Below are positions 1 to 12,387 of a DNA stretch of 64,000 bases, in pieces. This DNA is from Lingula anatina (Eukaryota; Animalia; Brachiopoda): positions 6,324,001 through 6,388,000 of the forward strand of contig CM120646.1 in the NCBI GenBank assembly GCA_051362555.1, written 5' to 3'. The position numbers were made by a program, and so were the translations under genes. The notes beneath the pieces were generated by a model that saw nothing but the letters and a program-made list of their open reading frames with translations, did not search any database and was not told where the DNA came from. The number at the start of each line of letters is the position of its first letter. Positions within the stretch are counted from its first letter, which is position 1.

Positions 1-1013
1 TCGATACTTTTGAAGCACTCTTTACAGATCTTCTCTTTCCCATGAATTTCTAGGATCAGTTTAACTCGAGCTACGTCACCGATATTTTCGGCGAATATTT
101 TTTGGGAACGGAGGAGTTTCAAGACCATGTGGTGGGCATTTTCTCGAAGCATTTCAAGGAGCCACTGTTCGGCGTGGTGAAGTCTCTGCCCGTACGTAGA
201 CGGGCTAAATTCCTCAATCAATGCCCTGTCTCGCGAAAGATGTAAGATGTACTCTTTAGCGGGTTGGGTTTGTTCAACATTGGGCATGCTGTTATAAAAC
301 AAAGCTGTGGAGATGCGATCGGCGGAACGAGCATCGTAGCAGGTCTCATAATGGGACTTTATAGGTTGCAATGCCGTAGTTTTGCTGATGCATTTTAATC
401 CTACCCACTGGTCTTTCGTGGTTTGCCAGTTGATGCACTTTCCGTCGTACGTGTCATCGCTCACGAAGGCTGCCAGGTACGTGTCCGAGTGCAGCACGTC
501 CTCAAAAGTCCCACACGCGATATCCAGGCCACCCAGAGTCCCCGAAGGCGTCACGTAGCCATGGCACTGATCGTATATATCAGCGCCCGTCGGCCAAATC
601 TGCAAGCGTATTGCCGCCGTGCATATGTTTGCCCGCGCGGCCCCCAAGTGAAGCTTCTTTTCTCCAATCAAGCACAACTTCTGTAGGGAACTGTGAATCT
701 CGGAGGATTGGGGGCTGGCAATGGTGATCACGTCGCTGTCTGTGAGGTACTCCTGCGTGACCAGGGAGGGGGAGTCCGGGGGGCCCGGGGACATAGTTGG
801 CGGCAAAGGGGAAGGGTTCTCCTCACGCTCGGGGCTCGGGGTTGTGGAGGAAGAAGTGGAGCTCCCATTCAGGCTGTGACCCACATGGTCGCGGTGAGAC
901 ATGCCACGGAGTTGGACGTGGTCCCTGTCCCTGTCTCTGTCTCGATGGTGCTTACTGCTGGACCGGTGTCGAGCACGGAACTCTATACCCACATCAGATT
1001 CGCTTCGTGACAT
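1..1013 (-). CDS. Partial CDS (337+ codons, runs off the left edge): putative zinc-dependent cytidine/nucleic-acid deaminase-fold protein with a low-complexity N-terminus
   Basis: Manual translation from the ATG at 1013 is open to position 1: MSRSESDVGIEFRARHRSSSKHHRDRDRDRD...SP/TP-rich...NICTAAIRLQIW...RLHHAEQWLLEML...VKLILEIHGKEKICKECFKSI. HAE is at 176-168 and CKEC at 26-15. A splice acceptor (ttctttctAG|GAA) starts the exon at 1031 and adds EQNEED in frame, so upstream coding exons are possible. GC content is higher than in the flanks. Confidence 0.75.
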   Translation of the reverse strand, partial: MSRSESDVGIEFRARHRSSSKHHRDRDRDRDHVQLRGMSHRDHVGHSLNGSSTSSSTTPSPEREENPSPLPPTMSPGPPDSPSLVTQEYLTDSDVITIASPQSSEIHSSLQKLCLIGEKKLHLGAARANICTAAIRLQIWPTGADIYDQCHGYVTPSGTLGGLDIACGTFEDVLHSDTYLAAFVSDDTYDGKCINWQTTKDQWVGLKCISKTTALQPIKSHYETCYDARSADRISTALFYNSMPNVEQTQPAKEYILHLSRDRALIEEFSPSTYGQRLHHAEQWLLEMLRENAHHMVLKLLRSQKIFAENIGDVARVKLILEIHGKEKICKECFKSI

Positions 1014-2704
1014 ATCCTCTTCGTTTTGTTCCTAGAAAGAATTAAGACACAGTGCGGTCATATTTTATTAACATTTTAAAAATGTAGAAACATTTTTAAA
1101 TGTGGGAACATCAAAATGTCATTGTGGTAGGTTTATATAGGTCAGATAAAAGAAATGAATCCCTGTAGTACGTGACAGTAGGTCAATACTGCACCTAGAC
1201 CCTTAGATAAACTACATGCAAGACCCAAATTCCATAATTTACATAGTCATCCTTGATAACTGAAATGATCGCCTAGATAGACAAGTTGTTGCCAGGATGA
1301 TAAAAACAGACAGATATGCATGTAAAGGAGGCCAAGTAACTGACAGTGAAACACACAAAAATTTCATGATTAAATAGGAACTCATGTATGTAGTTCTACC
1401 TCAGATATGAATGCGATTGATTCTAATGACACTTTAAAGGACCTACCCCAACATAGCTCTACCTACCTCAACTGGGCATAGAATCTCAGCCATGTTGAAA
1501 TGCAATTAAAATATCTTTCAAGCTATACGCTATCGTGCGACAAAATGTCCCTTTCGGTATTGAAAAGCTTGACTTTCTCTTTCTCTCACGAAAGTTTGAC
1601 GATATTGGAATAAGATTGTGACGTTTATAATTATTGCTAAGCCTAAAGACCCATGCAGATTATCGATGCTAGACGGGGGGAGATCTGGGGATTACAGGGG
1701 TTTTCACTTGTTACCAGATAATTAAATGACAATCACATGTTCAAAGTGCGCCAATGTTAGAACTCTGTATATTGTCAACATCAAAACCAACCCAGCGACC
1801 CCTCCTCACATAACCGATGAATTTTATAGATCAAATTATCGCTAAGTCATAGCACAAGGTTTCTGTGGACGACCAGCAAATGCTCATAATTGACTTACAG
1901 AGTGCATTAAACGTGTTGTGACGGTAGTCGGCACAACGATAAATCTGTGTCGAAGGCTTAATGGAAATCAATTAATAGATTTCACTGCACGACTTACAGG
2001 TATTGTTGCATGGGTGAATGGATGGGACTAGTGGGAGGCTCGGTATTACCTTTATTGATACAAAATATATTCCCTTTGTCTATCTTTCGAAAAAAGACCC
2101 CTTCTGATCGAAAACCTGATGATATTATAAACATGCAAGATGTATTTTAGGAGGTGATGAGGGGGGGGGGGGGGGGTGCAGCGATGGCTATTAATTTAAA
2201 AAATCGTACTGTCACGTAAAGTATCCAGGATCGACCCTGCATTATGCCACAACAACAAGAAATAACGAGTCTAAGCTTTGATATTCACGATAACTACTCT
2301 CAAAATGTTTAAAAGGTAATTTGTTAGTTTTTAAGGTTGGGGAAAGAGCATTTGACTTTCAGCATTTTTTACTTTAAATTATTGGTAGTGTATATTTTGT
2401 TCTTTGATAATGAGATTTTTAAAACCTAATCTATTCAGCATCAAATTAAAAAGCGTGAAATATTACACCTTGATTCAATGCCATATCCTGCTGTATAGTC
2501 GATGTTTAGGTGAAAATCTCTTTAGGATTTGCCTTTAACATATTATAGAGTTTATCCATATCCTATAGATTTTGCCCATAACATGTTTAAATACTGCAGT
2601 CAATAAAGATGCAGTACTAGTAGTACATGAGGTTAACATAAAACTTGTTAAAACAGATATAACAATGATATTGTATACCTTAATTTATCCCGTCACAAAA
2701 AAAA

Positions 2705-2756
2705 AATAAATAAATAAATAAATAAATAAAATAATAATAATAATAATAATAATAAT
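2705..2756. repeat. (AAAT)n/(AAT)n microsatellite
   Basis: Direct reading. Similar (AAAT)n tracts occur at 3361-3405 and 11547-11581. Confidence 0.9.
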
Positions 2757-3361
2757 ATTTAAAAAAAATAATACCAATAATAAAATAATAATACAATTTT
2801 AAAAATACAATATGGAATAAGATGAAAACTTCATAGGAAATATGACAATCCAATGATCAGACATCAGACACTGCCTTTCCCGTTGAAACCTGATGCAATC
2901 GATATGTTGTTGGGTTGAAACGGTAACCGGAAGCGCATATTTTGTTTCACAAAGCCTAGATACACTGGCTGGTCAAAACGCCGAGGAAGCCGACGAGCTC
3001 TTAATAAAATCGCATTCAGTTATCTCATTTCGAGCTAGATCAATTAAATTAGCGACGGAGAACATTTTCAGAGCGTATAGTATTTAATCAATATGAGAGT
3101 ATCCGGTGCGAGGGATTATCAAGTCTGTTTCTTTTCTCGTTACCGTATTGTCGCTTTTCTTTTTTGAGGGTATTTTGCAAGGCATTTATCGGTTGCCATG
3201 AGAACATGTCTGTGACTTTTCAGGATATCTATTCCCCTAGGAGTCTGCCAGACACGTGCCGATGAATCTTCTTTTGATAATGGGGAATATTATACTTTCA
3301 TAAGGAACTTCTGCATAAAGATACACCAACCGCTTGTCTGAGAGTCAACTCCGTCTTGGTA

Positions 3362-3400
<39 letters not shown>

Positions 3401-6400
3401 AATAAATAGATAAACAGAAATAAATAGAAAATCAATATTATAAGAATACTGTAATAAATCATTTTCCGTGAAGTGTTTTGTGACCTGTATTTTCTCTTTC
3501 AGAACAATTTTTTTTCAAAGCTAGTTTGAGTGGAAACTTATTAAACAATCCTTACTGCAATTTTACTAAGGCTGAGAACATATGTAGATGAGACGTGGGT
3601 TTACAAGTAAAGCTCATTTTCTAAGATTGAAGCAATAAAGAACGTAATCAATGCGAGTCTTATTTGATTCATTAAAATTACAGCTTTTCATCTAGTTACA
3701 GGTTTGTTCATCGGTCCAGATTCACTTTTTAAAATATGGGTAAAAGCGGCTTATATTCAACCATCTACAGAGGCAAAAACCGTTCGCTCCATGCTATAAT
3801 AAAACAGCAAAGCGACAGCTACTTAGGCACAACAAAATCTGAATAGTCTGTGGTTTAGCCAAGAATGCGTTTACAACTAGCCGACAATTGAAGCGTAACA
3901 GGGTCGTTGGCGCTACCGTCTACTGGCGGTAAATTAAAGTACATTGAAAACCGCCTACATACGTCTTATGTCATATTTACCACATATAAAACTGTTTATG
4001 CTTCGATTATGCAACACCTGTCGTACTTAACAGCACCTAACCATAACATTATTAATGTTCTTTGTCTTTTTTATTTCTTTTTGTGTGTTGTTTAGATTTT
4101 TACGGTCGTTAAGTTTATTAACCCAAGTTACCTTTTTCGTACCTGAATTTAATCTATATTCTCATATGAAAACAGATTTCTAACATCTTGTTCGTGGCCT
4201 ACTCATAAGCTAAGGTTTAAGTCTATACCTACCTAAGACAGTAACTGACTTACCTAAGACATTCAGACAGTTGTTCTCTTGATGTCCTAAAGTTCCAATG
4301 TCCACTTTTTATTCATCTTTTTTATACCACCAGAGCTACATGTACGCTCCATCAACCTCTAACGCCTTGACTTTAAAACAAAAGCAAATGAATACCGTGT
4401 CTCACTTGCTTATTCCATAGCTAAACTGTCATGATCATGAGATATTATCTATGTTGTTGTCTCATCTTTGGCATTATAGTCAAGAATATCGATATTTCCA
4501 CAAATTCGTTCTACTGAGATAATTGGAGTGCACTGACCGTTACCTAGAACTGACCGGACGATGGGCGGTGTTGTTTTAAAGTTGCATAGGTGACGAGTGT
4601 GACAACAGGGAATACACTGACCACTACAGGGAACAGACCAGAGGATAGACTGATCGCCAAGTCCAGTACACTAACGCACGAGATGTTTTAAAAAGGGCTC
4701 CTCTTTAAACCAGCTTTCGTAACGAATTTAGTTTTTGAAATTGTGTCAGGCCTAGCTAAATAACCGTTGGTACGCAGTATAAGTCATTTTCTGAGACAAT
4801 TTGACATGCCACTGTGACCTCAAATGACTAGAAATTTCAATTTGAGAGGAGGGTCTTTTAGTGAAAAAGTGAACATTTTACCATAAAACCTTCGTTTACC
4901 CATATCAAATTTTACCTAGAGCGGACCTTTTCCAAGCAAGAAAGGGCGAACCCCCTCCCTCCGAATCCCCATGGCTACGGGCTTGTTTTCTGAGTATTAT
5001 TTTTTGTGACTGATAATAGCATACATATAACATTACATACCTTTATCTACTCCTGTCTGCGTAACTGTGTATATTTGCACAAATCCGACTCCTCCTTTCC
5101 GTATATCTGAGTTATACGTGCCTGGCCAGGAGACCGTTGGTACGGCAATGCTTGAAACTGTTCGAGAAACTTTTCAATTTGCTTTCCTAAATAGATCTAC
5201 CGAACGACCAATGATTAAAACAAAAACTTGTCGCGGGTTCCCACTGAATGAAACGTCTTTACACGTATGTGAACGGTCTGCAGGTGCCCGTTATATTCTT
5301 GCATGTATATACTATCAATATTGCCCCCCTTGATCCCACACGGCTCTCTCCATTCATTCTGAAATCCCGGCGGTACCCACAAAGTGCTCAGCCAAGCTGG
5401 CCGTTCTTTAAAACGCAAATTTTCTTTCATGACTTTGTGACTAATAGAAATACGGGACCTTCTCTGCTTAGAATTTACATACTTTTCAACTATGAAACAA
5501 CAAAACCCGGTGGAATTTCTTTACATATTTGTGTTACACAATGAAATGTTACAACAAAAACAGAAGCGAAATTGTTTGTGTGGGGCTGCGTGTTGTTGTT
5601 TTGTGCGATAGAAAAAGCAAACAAATGCGATTCATGGTCAGTGCGAAGTTTACAAACACGCCGATTGTTGTTTGGTGTTTTGGTTGAATTAGTAAGCAAT
5701 GTCGGTTACAATTATTTTTCGTTCCAGTGGGGGTCTGGTCTTCTGCGTTTCAGAATATGCAATTCAGTCATGGATTAAGAGATATGAGGACATATACGTA
5801 ATACAGCTAGTGTTTCAAGGTGACACTTAATGCCATACAGAATTATAGCATTCAATACAAATGCTACGGAAGACAGAAATATAAAAGTAAAGATGTTATT
5901 TTTCCATCCTGTTGCAAATGTATTGATTTTTGAAAACGAAGTTTTTTCATATTTTTCATTAAAAGTTATTCTTTGTAATCAAAATATTTAATAACTAATG
6001 TAACTTAGGCAAAAAAAAAAGGAAAAAAAAGTGTGCTTATTTTCTGTTTTGAAAAAGTTATTAAGAAAATCACGAACATATTAAAAGTACATGAGTGAAC
6101 ATTATTGGGTTCTTGATAATAATGTTGATATACTTGTTCTATTTTAAACCTGAATAATTATTTTAAAAATTATTTTAAAAAAAAAGGTTTGCAGAGATAT
6201 AAGAAATACATCTAAAATTCATTTTGCATGCAATGGGTTAGGGCCACTGGAAGAATAGGGGTGAAAGGAAAGAGACAAAAATTATTTGATAATCACCAAT
6301 TTTTATTCTTGACAATTATCGTATAACCACACCAGATTAGCAACTGTGACTTATGCTTATCCCACCTGAAGATATGCTTTGTAATTTAGAAAAATTTAAA

Positions 6401-7696
6401 CTTCTATAAATCCACATTTTCACTTTTGCCATTTAACTTATGAAAATTTGCCAGGTTTGGAACGTCAAAAGGTATCCCGAAACCTACGGGGATTTTGTGA
6501 TTAAATCACCCATTCGAGAGAATCTACTGAGTCTTTTATAAATTGCATAATGCAAAATTGACGCACGGTGTGTTTATTTTCATACACCGTTGAATTTATT
6601 CTAAGATTGTGAGCACTTTCATCGTCTCCCGTGCGTGGGTCTTTTTTTCCATAAATAAATGATAATTGCCGTTTGCCCGCCGGGCCAAAAAGTAAAATGC
6701 TGTAAAGAAATTTCTCGTGCAAGGGTGAACGAAGACCCTGGGGATAATTCCCAGTCACCTTAAGTAAAGGTCGAGGGGGCATTTGTATATTTGCCACTCA
6801 TAAAACTTCGTGAACACGCTTTCTGAAAAGCCCGAGTATTCTGTAAAAACATAATCGTTATTATTTGGAGGTTCTTTTATATTGTTGGGTTGCAAAGGGG
6901 CACTCTTAACTTTAGAGCATTTTTAACTTGGGCCACGTGACGTCATTTGATGAAGTTAGTGAACAAATACATGCAACACTGATCTAAAATGTTCAATTTT
7001 ACTTATCTTCTATATTTGATAAGAATAGATTGGTTTATCATTTTTCTTGTGGAAAAGTTAAACATGAAAACAGAGAAATACTGGTTAAAAGCAATCTAAC
7101 AGGCCTGCCGCAGACCGATGTGCTTCTAAAACAGTCTGAACAATTTTAAAAATTCAGCGGACACTTTTATGTTTGACGAGCATGGTCGCTTGTTTCAAAT
7201 CTGACAGTAGATTAAATGGGATTTTCGAGCGAAAAGATACACTCCACGAATTTTCCTTACTTCTTAAACAATTCTTTTTAAGTACTCATGTACCAGCACT
7301 CTATCATGCAGTTTCAAATTGTTCTATAAACACACCAAAATACCAGGCATTTCAATTTAAACCTATCTGAAGTCATTTAAATGGTCATGCAACGCCAGCA
7401 TTTTCATTTTGCGTGCAAATGCAATTTTGAGTAGGGGTATTAATTTGATTATTCACAAATTAATGGGAGTTACATGCCTTTGAGATACATGCATAAACTG
7501 GCTACCTAAAAAGCACTGTCATTTTAAGTTTGTAGTCTTAATTCAATCACGAACAGCTGCCTAAATCTTCCTTTGAGCATTTTAAATATTTCGCAAATAC
7601 AGCTAGTCGAACAGAAGTTGAAGAGAGAGCTGTGCTTTTTAATGGAGTATTATTCACTGCTGCACTTCCTTGTTTGTGGAGTAAAATTTCAAAGTC

Positions 7697-7733
<37 letters not shown>

Positions 7734-10700
7734 AAAATCCATCTTGAAAACAACAGAAACTGCATTTTCTTTTGCAATTCAAACCTTTTTACTTGCAAGC
7801 ATTTGGCCAAGCACTCACAAACAATCTTATTCTACAATTATGCTCCGGACAATATTACCAAACAACACACTAGGGTCTCCTCTAGCGTCACTTCCTCAAT
7901 TCTCTTAAAGCGTAATGCATGGATCCAGCTAAACTACGGATTCTCATACCCAGCATAAAGTAAGTTGAAAACCAACCCCCTGAATGCTAATTTTCCTAGG
8001 ATCCCCGGGGAATACTTGTTTTTATAATCTGAGGTCAAACTGTTTTGTAAGTAACGAGTATATAATTATATCTGCCGTCAAAAATTGACGTAAGGAAGTG
8101 ATGCCAGAGTATAAGTCTACAGGTACAATAGATTTATTATGTAAAAATGAAAAAAAAAAAATCTAAAATTTTACAGTAAAAACGCATGAAAACTGCAACC
8201 ACTAATCTATGTAAAATCCAAAATCAAGGGCCTACAAGTAGAAAATATCCTAATTTTTAAGATAATTTAGGAAATCACAGATGTAAGTGAGATGAGCTTT
8301 AAATAAATGACACAAAACTCTAGGAAGCATTCAAATTAAAATGTCTTGCCTAATTAACATTTAGCTATTACAATATCAAAACAATTGGAAAACATTTTTT
8401 AAGATAAATTTGAATAAATCAACTCTAGGTATCATCACTAATGATAAAAATTTCAATAACACGCAAATAAAAAAGTAGAAACAGTATATACAACTTATAA
8501 ATCTAACTTATGTATATTTGCGATAGGTGCAAGCCAGCAGTGAATAGGTGCAAAAACATTAAACAAATGTAAATTATGGTTAAAAAGCTGCAAACAAAAG
8601 TAACACAAACCAACCGTAATGGGACTGGAATACTATCATTCCTTGTCTATTCCTTTAATAATTCCACTCTCATTCAAAGCAGTACATCACTAATATTTAT
8701 AAAATATATATTATCAATAATATGTATTTTATATACAGATTTCATTGCCATCACAAACATATTCATCTTCACTTAAAAATAACACTAAGCTCTGACAGTA
8801 TCACTGACATTCTTGAATGTGCCGATAGAGGACACATTTGATCAGATTAGATCATTTATATGCAAATGGACGCATATCTTTGTCTGGCTATACATGTAAT
8901 ATTCAGACAAAAGTGAATTGCTATTACAATTCAAAACACTGTGCCCAGACAGATATTTTCAACGTTAATCAGTTGCAATATTTCAAAGTTATTACTGTAC
9001 ACAAGACAACTAAAGTAATGCTGATTTTTGTTATATTTTACGCAAGAGAAAATTTTCAATTTAACACATCTAATGCATAAAATTCTTATCAGTAACACAA
9101 TACTCTTTGTTCTTAGAAAAACAATCAATTCCCATGCCTGTCTGCATTGCTCTTGTTCAGTTGATATTGAACATCGCCTTTCTCAGCATAAAGTTGGGCA
9201 TGAAGCTAAAATTAAGCTCACCAAATAGATTTATCAATGTCAACACCTTTTTCTCATCCATGCCTTATGCTAATTCACAATTACCTGCATAAAAATATGC
9301 TTCAGATTAGATAAATATATATTCATGTCTTAATAAAGGGAATGCAATTATTAAGGACTTAATAAATGGAATGCATCGAGTTCGCATATAAACATTATCA
9401 ATTTATCTTTTCACCATACCTGTGACAGCTGAGCGACAAGGACTGGTTTTTCATCATCTAAAATGTTAAAAGCCTTCAATTATTTATTGAATCTTTCCTC
9501 GCATTCTATCATAAATGAAAAGTGCCAGTCCACACGTCACTTTTGTGCATTGGCTTCCTTCACTGGGACTATCATGGATACTTGGCATGTGCAGCCCTCT
9601 AGTGGGCATTAACGACACAACAGAAATCAATCCACAAGTATCTCAAGTTGTGTATGTATTCCCCCAAATGCACAGTCGACATATTTGAAATCATCCCAAC
9701 TGTCAACCTCTTAACAAGATTATTGCATTTTCAACAGCTATTAGTACAATGAAAAATATCAAATTTCATAATCATGACATATACTAGTGCTTCAATACAT
9801 TCTGCTTTTTTCTGTAATGGATGTATTATTATTATACTGTAATATATACCAGTATGCTATTTGACTTAATAACAGGTTTTAGTGGAACAGCAAAAGCTTC
9901 AAAACTGATACGTATATATATATATATCCAAAAAGATATATAAATCAATAAACATGATAAAAAAACACATACCCCTCAATAAAGAAAACAACAACAAACC
10001 ACCCCAACTCCAACCAAAGCCACTTTCGGAAACATGAAATGTGTCTGAGAGGTAAATGTACTTTCCAATACTCCTGGAATGTGTCTCAGTTGTGAAGGTA
10101 AAAACATCAACTTACTGCCAAGTGTGAAATATACTTCAAGGGCACTTACTAAAAACAAAATATTAAAAAAAAATGTTTTCAACATTTGTGTTGAAATGGT
10201 AACATGTGTCTTTATAAAATGACTCCAATTAAAGGTCTACATAAAAGGACTAAAAATACATTTATTAAGTGATATTTCTTTAAAGCCTAAAAATCAAACA
10301 TTGGTTCCATTGGGTAGTGCCAGTCCAAGTTAAATTAACATTTATTATAACCTCTACCTGAGAGGGACTAAGTATACAGGAAACATTGCAAAATCATAAT
10401 TAAAACAGCCCAAAGACAAATGTTTGGAATGTGGTAATCTTTCAAAGATGTAATAAATTAAATACACCAAAAATGGATTGATCAGTTTGCTCATTTAGTG
10501 GCCAAACCTCAAACATGACTTAGCCAAAAAGAAAACAAATAGGGATTTGAATATTTCTACAGCAGAAATAATGTCACAGGTATTTACAAGAATGTACCAT
10601 CTGTCTACCCAGCATCAAACCTACATGTACCTGGATCTTAAACAAGTCTCCCTAACAAAAACTTGTCTACCTGACAAAAACTTGTGTACCTCATATCATT

Positions 10701-11545
10701 TCATCTCCAAGTGCCCAAATTTCCCTTTTTTTTTTTTTTTTGGCATGCCCCTACTGTCACTATATTAACTACAGGGTGACAAGAGGTTCAATATGGATTT
10801 TGTTTAACGTTTCAGTCTGAGGTATCTGTTATAGTTACGTCAGGTGGGACAGATGTTCCCAGGAGAGAGAACTGGCTGTCACAGTGGAACACAGAATCTC
10901 AATCAGCTGATTAATTGGTAACAGATGGCAAGTGAAGTACACAAGGACTCTGATAACTTGATCACTATACGGTAATCTCTCCATAAATTTGAACAAAATT
11001 AATTATTGATATTTTCCCCACACAAAACGGAATGAAATTTTGGTTGTCTAAAAGGAGCGATTTCTGGTCTGTGTTAATTCTGAGTAGCTAAATATAATCA
11101 ATCTTGAAGTGATTGGAATACTTGTTGAAATAAGTGAATCAAATGCTAAAATATGTCATGTCTGACAGAACCAAGGTCATATGATAAATTCTGAGTAGTG
11201 TGGGATGAAGATCATCTCACATTCCTAGTAGATGAGGATTTATAATCAGTACATCTGAGCTATAAAATGTGTCACCTTGATGGGCCGGCCCAGTCTTGGT
11301 TAAAGTGCCCACGTAACAACTGTTTTGTACTAAGTCAAAGAACTATTGTCTGTGTAAAAGTGTATGGATTTTAGAGGCAATGCTGTCTGGAATGCTCTGT
11401 TTCAATGAGCAACAGTTGCTCAAGCCATTGTAGGACTCGTAAAACATTGCTAAGGAAATTGTCTTAATTATTTTTCTATAATCTTCATACTAGCTTTCTG
11501 CAGAATATTTCGCCAGTTCATAGTTATTGCAAAATGTACCTGTAC

Positions 11546-11580
<35 letters not shown>

Positions 11581-11823
11581 ATTATACAAGTCAAGTAGGA
11601 CAAGTGAATCTGAAGAAGATAGTCTGTCTGCTCTCACAGAAAAACATAATTCTTCAAATCTGTTATCCGAAATTTAAATTAGGTAATCCAGATTGCCAGA
11701 TTAGATTTTTCAATTCAATAACATGGACTTTGTGCTGCCAACAATATGATTAAATATAAAAATATGAATTATCAGATAAATATGACTGTGGATCTACATA
11801 CTGTACGGGTATGAGAGGACTAA

Positions 11824-12088
11824 GGGTTCATTAGGAACAGAAGATCCAAGGATGAACTGATCCACGGATCAAATATGGCCGACCCTACATGACAGAAGCA
11901 TCGATTTATCCGCTGATGGTCTCCCTGCCTCCACACAAGCCATTAAACGGATTAAATCAAGGCTCCAGGGTTTAATTGCTAGACTCCTGCAAGGACAGCA
12001 CTTGTGGAAGCAGTAAGACCATCATGTAGGGTCTGCCCTATTTGATCAATGGATCAGAAGATCCTCGGATTTTTTATTCTGAATGGCC
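11824..12088. mobile_element. Palindromic MITE (family D) in the putative desaturase 3' UTR
   Basis: Long imperfect inverted arms (gatccacggatcaaatatggccgaccctacatga ... tcatgtagggtctgccctatttgatcaatggatc). Related copies at ~26399-26608, ~46560-46915, ~48687-49110 and ~58890-59080. Confidence 0.7.
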
Positions 12089-12387
12089 TCCAATATGCTG
12101 CATGGCCAGGTACATGTAATAAACATGCACGGCTATTACTGACTAGTAATATCATAACAAAATTATACTGTAACTTACTACTGTTGATTGTAGAAGACAA
12201 CTATAATGCTTAAAGCTAACATGCATATAGGTTTGGGGTTTGACCAAAATACTACTTTTCTTGCAAAATCCCTGGTTGCACAAAATGTAGGAAGTACAAT
12301 GCATCACAAAATAATGAAACAGTAAAAAACAATTCTATGTAATAACTTCATGAAATTTTTTTAGTAATAAATTCTACTAAATCTTTT

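Noticed and set aside
1029-1037. GAS site TTCCTAGAA at the deaminase exon boundary
   Set aside because: It coincides with the splice acceptor (ttctAG|GAA), so it is explained without invoking STAT regulation.
423-1045. Three plus-strand ORFs (82-105 aa)
   Set aside because: They are antisense shadows of the GC-rich minus-strand deaminase-like exon and have no recognisable motifs.
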